Source: an uncultured delta proteobacterium
GTDB lineage: Bacteria > Desulfobacterota > RBG-13-43-22
Direction: 5' to 3'
Length of the DNA stretch: 64,000 bases
NCBI GenBank assembly: GCA_963790475.1
Contig: CAWBOS010000010.1
Span: forward strand, 1,408,001 to 1,472,000
Part shown: positions 60,535-64,000 of the stretch, one piece after another
Numbering within the stretch: the first letter of the stretch is position 1
Layout of the letters: each line of letters opens with the position of its first letter
The notes under the pieces: model-generated
The model's input: only the letters and a program-made list of their open reading frames with translations
Database searches by the model: none
What the model was told of the DNA's origin: nothing
Translations under genes and position numbers: made by a program

Positions 60535-61692
60535 ATGATCGATTTCAGCTTAAGTGAGAATCAAAAACGTTTACTGGAACAGGCCAGGACCTTTGCCGCC
60601 CAGGAGATAAAACCGGTGGCCATTGAATATGACCGGGAGGGTACCTATCCGGAAGCCATTCTGAAAAAAGCCCATGACCTGGGGTTCTTGTACACCAATA
60701 TTCCGGAGCAATACGGCGGATCGGGAATGAGTTATATGGAGCATTATCTGGTAACCGAAGCCCTGAATTACGAGTGCTGCGCCATCGGCCAGATGATCGG
60801 CATAGCCCATCTGGCCACAGGGGCGATCCTTCTCGGGGGAACCGAGGAACAAAAGAAAAAATTTATCGGGACTATGACCGAGAGCTACAGAAGCGCCTGT
60901 TTTTGCCTTACCGAGCCCGAGGCCGGATCGGATGCCGGGGTCATGCGAACGACCGCGGAGAAAAAGGGGGATCGCTATATTATTAATGGTTCCAAATGTT
61001 ACATCACCAATGGCCAGTATGCTGATTTACTCTGTTTATTTGCCACAATGGACAGGAGTCAGGGCACTAAAGGAATCTGCTGCTTTGCCGTTCCTCGTAA
61101 CACACCGGGTATTCGAGTCGGGCGAATAGAAGATAAGATGGGCCACCGGGCTCTAAATGTGGCTGAACTGTTTTTTGAAAATCTCGAATTAAGCCCGGAT
61201 CATCTGATCGGTCAGGAAGGCCAGGGTTTTAAACTGGCCATGATGGCCTTGGATCGGGGAAGGGTGAACATTGCCTCGATCTGCACCGGGATTGGACAAA
61301 AGGCCCTTGATGAATCGATTGGGTGGGCCAAGACCCGCGTTCAATTCGGCCAGCCCATAGGAAACCACCAGGGGGTCCAGTTTATGCTGGCTGACATGAA
61401 TGCCCTGATCATGGCCTCCCGGGCCATGTATCTTCAGGTGGGCTGGATGCTGGATCAGGGAATGCGCTGCACCACCGAAGGGGCTCTGGCCAAATTTTTT
61501 GCCACCGATGCCGTCATGAAAATCACCACCGATGCCGTCCAGATATTGGGGGGCTCAGGGTACATGAGAGGTACAGTGGTTGAGAAACTGATGCGGGACG
61601 CCAAGTTGACCCAGATCTTCGAGGGCACTAACCAGATCAATCGTATGGTGGCCGGCCGGGGGATTTTGTCCGGGTCCAGCAAATTGTTTTAA
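60535..61692 (+). CDS. Acyl-CoA dehydrogenase
   Basis: FCLTEPEAGSD, NGSKCYITNG, R.QFG..I and IFEGTNQI motifs. Confidence 0.95.
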   Translation: MIDFSLSENQKRLLEQARTFAAQEIKPVAIEYDREGTYPEAILKKAHDLGFLYTNIPEQYGGSGMSYMEHYLVTEALNYECCAIGQMIGIAHLATGAILLGGTEEQKKKFIGTMTESYRSACFCLTEPEAGSDAGVMRTTAEKKGDRYIINGSKCYITNGQYADLLCLFATMDRSQGTKGICCFAVPRNTPGIRVGRIEDKMGHRALNVAELFFENLELSPDHLIGQEGQGFKLAMMALDRGRVNIASICTGIGQKALDESIGWAKTRVQFGQPIGNHQGVQFMLADMNALIMASRAMYLQVGWMLDQGMRCTTEGALAKFFATDAVMKITTDAVQILGGSGYMRGTVVEKLMRDAKLTQIFEGTNQINRMVAGRGILSGSSKLF

Positions 61693-61742
61693 TTGGTGTT
61701 CTGGAGGTTTCAACGATTGAGACCCGCTAAAAACGAAGAACG

Positions 61743-62360
61743 ATGATAACCTTTTGGATGATCGGTACCTTGCTCGGGCTTTCCGCGGGTCTTGCGCCAG
61801 GGCCTCTGCTGACACTGCTCGTTTCCGAAACCCTTCGGCATGATTCCAGGGCCGGGATCAAGGTGGCGATCAGCCCAATGATCACCGACTTGCCGATAAT
61901 TCTTTTGACGGTATTTATCCTGGGCCAATTGTCCGGATTTCATTCCCTGTTGGGGGTTATTTCCTTGATTGGAGGATTGGTTCTTCTTTCCATGGGATAT
62001 CAAAGCTTTCGTTTAAGAGGCCTGGAAACGAAGCAAGGAGTGGAAAATCCGAAATCCTTTACCAAGGGGATTGTTGTCAACCTCTTAAACCCCCACCCTT
62101 ATCTTTTTTGGTTCACTATCGGCGCAGCAACTATCACCAAATCGATGAAGCAAGGGATTTGGGCGTCTGGGGCTTTTATCCTGAGTTTTTATCTTTTTCT
62201 GATCGGATCAAAAGTGTTGCTGGCCCTCTTAATCGGCAAGTCAAAATCCTTTTTAACCGGAAATTGGTACCGGTACACTTTGCGTTTTCTGGCTTTTCTC
62301 CTGTGTATTTTCGCTGCGGTGCTTATTCGGGAAGGTTTGACCCTATTGAAAATCATTTAA
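61743..62360 (+). CDS. LysE/RhtB-family translocator
   Basis: PGP near the N-terminus and NLLNP motif; polytopic membrane protein. Confidence 0.88.
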   Translation: MITFWMIGTLLGLSAGLAPGPLLTLLVSETLRHDSRAGIKVAISPMITDLPIILLTVFILGQLSGFHSLLGVISLIGGLVLLSMGYQSFRLRGLETKQGVENPKSFTKGIVVNLLNPHPYLFWFTIGAATITKSMKQGIWASGAFILSFYLFLIGSKVLLALLIGKSKSFLTGNWYRYTLRFLAFLLCIFAAVLIREGLTLLKII

Positions 62361-62434
62361 TATTTTTAAAGAGGCCTGCTCCATTTCCTAAAACCAGGCC
62401 TTGACAAAAAAAGGTGATTGATAGAAAGAACCCC

Positions 62435-62977
62435 ATGAAATGGCAGACTAAACAATCCAGATATTTAGTGAATGACCAGTGGTTGAAGCTTCGGGCCGAT
62501 CAATGTCAATTGCCCAGCGGGAAAATCATAGAACCTTACTATGTTCTCGAATACCCGGACTGGATTAATGTTTTCGGAATTACCACACGGAATGAAGTCG
62601 TCCTTGTTCGGCAATACCGACATGGAATCGGAAGGGTGGTTGTGGAGTTACCCAGCGGAGGAATTGAGTCTTTCGATAAAAATCCTTTGGAGGCGGCCAA
62701 GCGTGAATTGCTGGAGGAGACCGGCTACACTGGCAATCATTTCATACAGACGGGGATAGTTTCTCCAAACCCGGCCAGCCATTCCAACCTTACCCATTGT
62801 TTTTTGGCCAAAGACCTTGAAAAGGTAAATGATCCGAAGATGGACGATACCGAAGAAGTTGAAACCGTCCTGGTCCTCTTAGAGAAGGCCGTTGACATGC
62901 TCCACCAGGGGGATTTTCTTCAAGCCTTGCACGTCAGTTCCATTTATTTCGCTTTAAAAGCAATGAAGCATACCTAG
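62435..62977 (+). CDS. NUDIX hydrolase (ADP-ribose pyrophosphatase-like)
   Basis: RQYRH and the Nudix box GGIE...AAKRELLEETG. Confidence 0.92.
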   Translation: MKWQTKQSRYLVNDQWLKLRADQCQLPSGKIIEPYYVLEYPDWINVFGITTRNEVVLVRQYRHGIGRVVVELPSGGIESFDKNPLEAAKRELLEETGYTGNHFIQTGIVSPNPASHSNLTHCFLAKDLEKVNDPKMDDTEEVETVLVLLEKAVDMLHQGDFLQALHVSSIYFALKAMKHT

Positions 62978-63046
62978 GCCAGGAAGTGGCCGGAGTTGAT
63001 GATTGCCGAAAAAGGTTGGGGCTTAAATAAATTTGATGGCGGAACG

Positions 63047-63330
63047 ATGGACTTTCAGCTGGGAAAAAACTATAATGAATTGAAGATCGGGGACAAGGCC
63101 TCTTTTACCAAAACCATTACGGAAACCGATTTCTATCTTTTTGCCGGCATCAGCGGGGAATTTAATCCTCTCCATGTGAATGACGAGTTTGCCAAACTGA
63201 CGCCCTTCAAAACCCGGATCGGTCATGGGGCCTTACCGCAAAGTCTGATCGCTCCGGTCTTTGGAACTCAGCTTCCGGCCTGGGAACCATAGCGGTTAAG
63301 ATCACCACACGCTTTAAGAAACCGACCTAA
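63047..63330 (+). pseudogene. MaoC/PhaJ-like dehydratase remnant
   Basis: FAGISGEFNPLH...GHG motif; one base missing at ~63277 (LPG-LGTIAVKITTRFKKPT lies in another frame), then a premature TAA. Confidence 0.75.
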
Positions 63331-63446
63331 GGGGGAGGCCACGGTCATCCCTCCGCCAAGGATGGAAGATCTGATACCCAAAGAGAATCACACGGAATCC
63401 ATCACCTAATTGAAATGTGCTCATTAAGCACGGACGAAGAATCGAC

Positions 63447-64000
63447 ATGCCCTTTCAAGAATATTTTGGTGAAACACACAACCTGGTCCGCCAGACCGTC
63501 AAGAAATTTGTTGAAAAAGAAATCAAACCTTTTATTAATGAATGGGAAGAGCAGGGATCCTTCCCCCGTGAACTTTATCAAAAGGCCGGATCAGCCGGCA
63601 TATTGGGGATCGGTTATCCCGAGGTCTATGGAGGGACCGAGGGCGATATATTTCTTAAAGTCGCAGCCACTGAAGAAATAATGCGTAGTGGTTCCGGTGG
63701 GCTGGCGGCCGGCTTGGGTTCTCTGGATATCGGACTACCCCCTATCCTGCGCCTGGGTCAGGAAACTCTCAAAAAAAGGCTGATCCCACCCATTTTACGG
63801 GGAGAGAAAATATGCGCCCTGGCCATCACCGAACCGAATGCCGGATCGGATGTGGGGGGCATCCAAACCAAAGCCATTCGGGAAGGGAGCTTCTTCCGGG
63901 TCAATGGCCGAAAGACCTTTATCACCAGCGGGGGCCGGGCCGATGTCTTAACCTGTGCGGTCCGCACCGGGGATCCGGGACCTCACGGGATCAGCTTATT
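63447..64000 (+). CDS. Acyl-CoA dehydrogenase, runs off the window end; missing from the ORF track
   Basis: MPFQEYFGETHNLVRQTVKKFVEKEIKP...ALAITEPNAGSDV...VNGRKTFITSG. Confidence 0.9.
   Translation, partial: MPFQEYFGETHNLVRQTVKKFVEKEIKPFINEWEEQGSFPRELYQKAGSAGILGIGYPEVYGGTEGDIFLKVAATEEIMRSGSGGLAAGLGSLDIGLPPILRLGQETLKKRLIPPILRGEKICALAITEPNAGSDVGGIQTKAIREGSFFRVNGRKTFITSGGRADVLTCAVRTGDPGPHGISL

Noticed and set aside
1-64000. CRISPR array, rRNA/tRNA genes, transposase, integrase, prophage or defence system
   Set aside because: I recognised no regularly spaced repeats with unique spacers and no such genes or RNA signatures. A tRNA could be missed without tRNAscan.

Overview
Chromosomal window from an anaerobic, selenocysteine-using bacterium, most likely Desulfobacterota (inferred from gene content only). 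From left to right: (1) a partial znuA-like gene and zur with a palindromic operator; (2) a ~24 kb potassium-homeostasis region containing a sigma54-driven porin, a histidine kinase, two unannotated peptides including kdpF, kdpABC, a split KdpD whose N-terminal module is fused to a PTS EIIA domain, a stand-alone 4HB sensor and a c-di-AMP-riboswitch-controlled KimA-like transporter; (3) nested inside that region, a redox operon encoding a Cyc2-like cytochrome-porin, a blue-copper protein, a Rieske protein, cytochrome b, an 8-heme cytochrome c and a monoheme cytochrome c, which is the most unusual system here; (4) der, copA, an interrupted PAS-GGDEF gene and a hidden UxxC seleno-glutaredoxin; (5) a gmd/GT4/flippase polysaccharide cluster and ppiD; (6) an hdrA-flxDCBA-hdrD-like electron-bifurcation operon in which HdrA and the HdrD-like protein both carry an in-frame UGA plus SECIS-like hairpin; (7) pyrR, lon, larC and a run of accessory enzymes. 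Many intergenic MITE/REP-like elements and 7-9-mer repeats are present. I saw no rRNA, tRNA, CRISPR array or transposase. All family calls come from motifs recognised by eye; no database searches were run.
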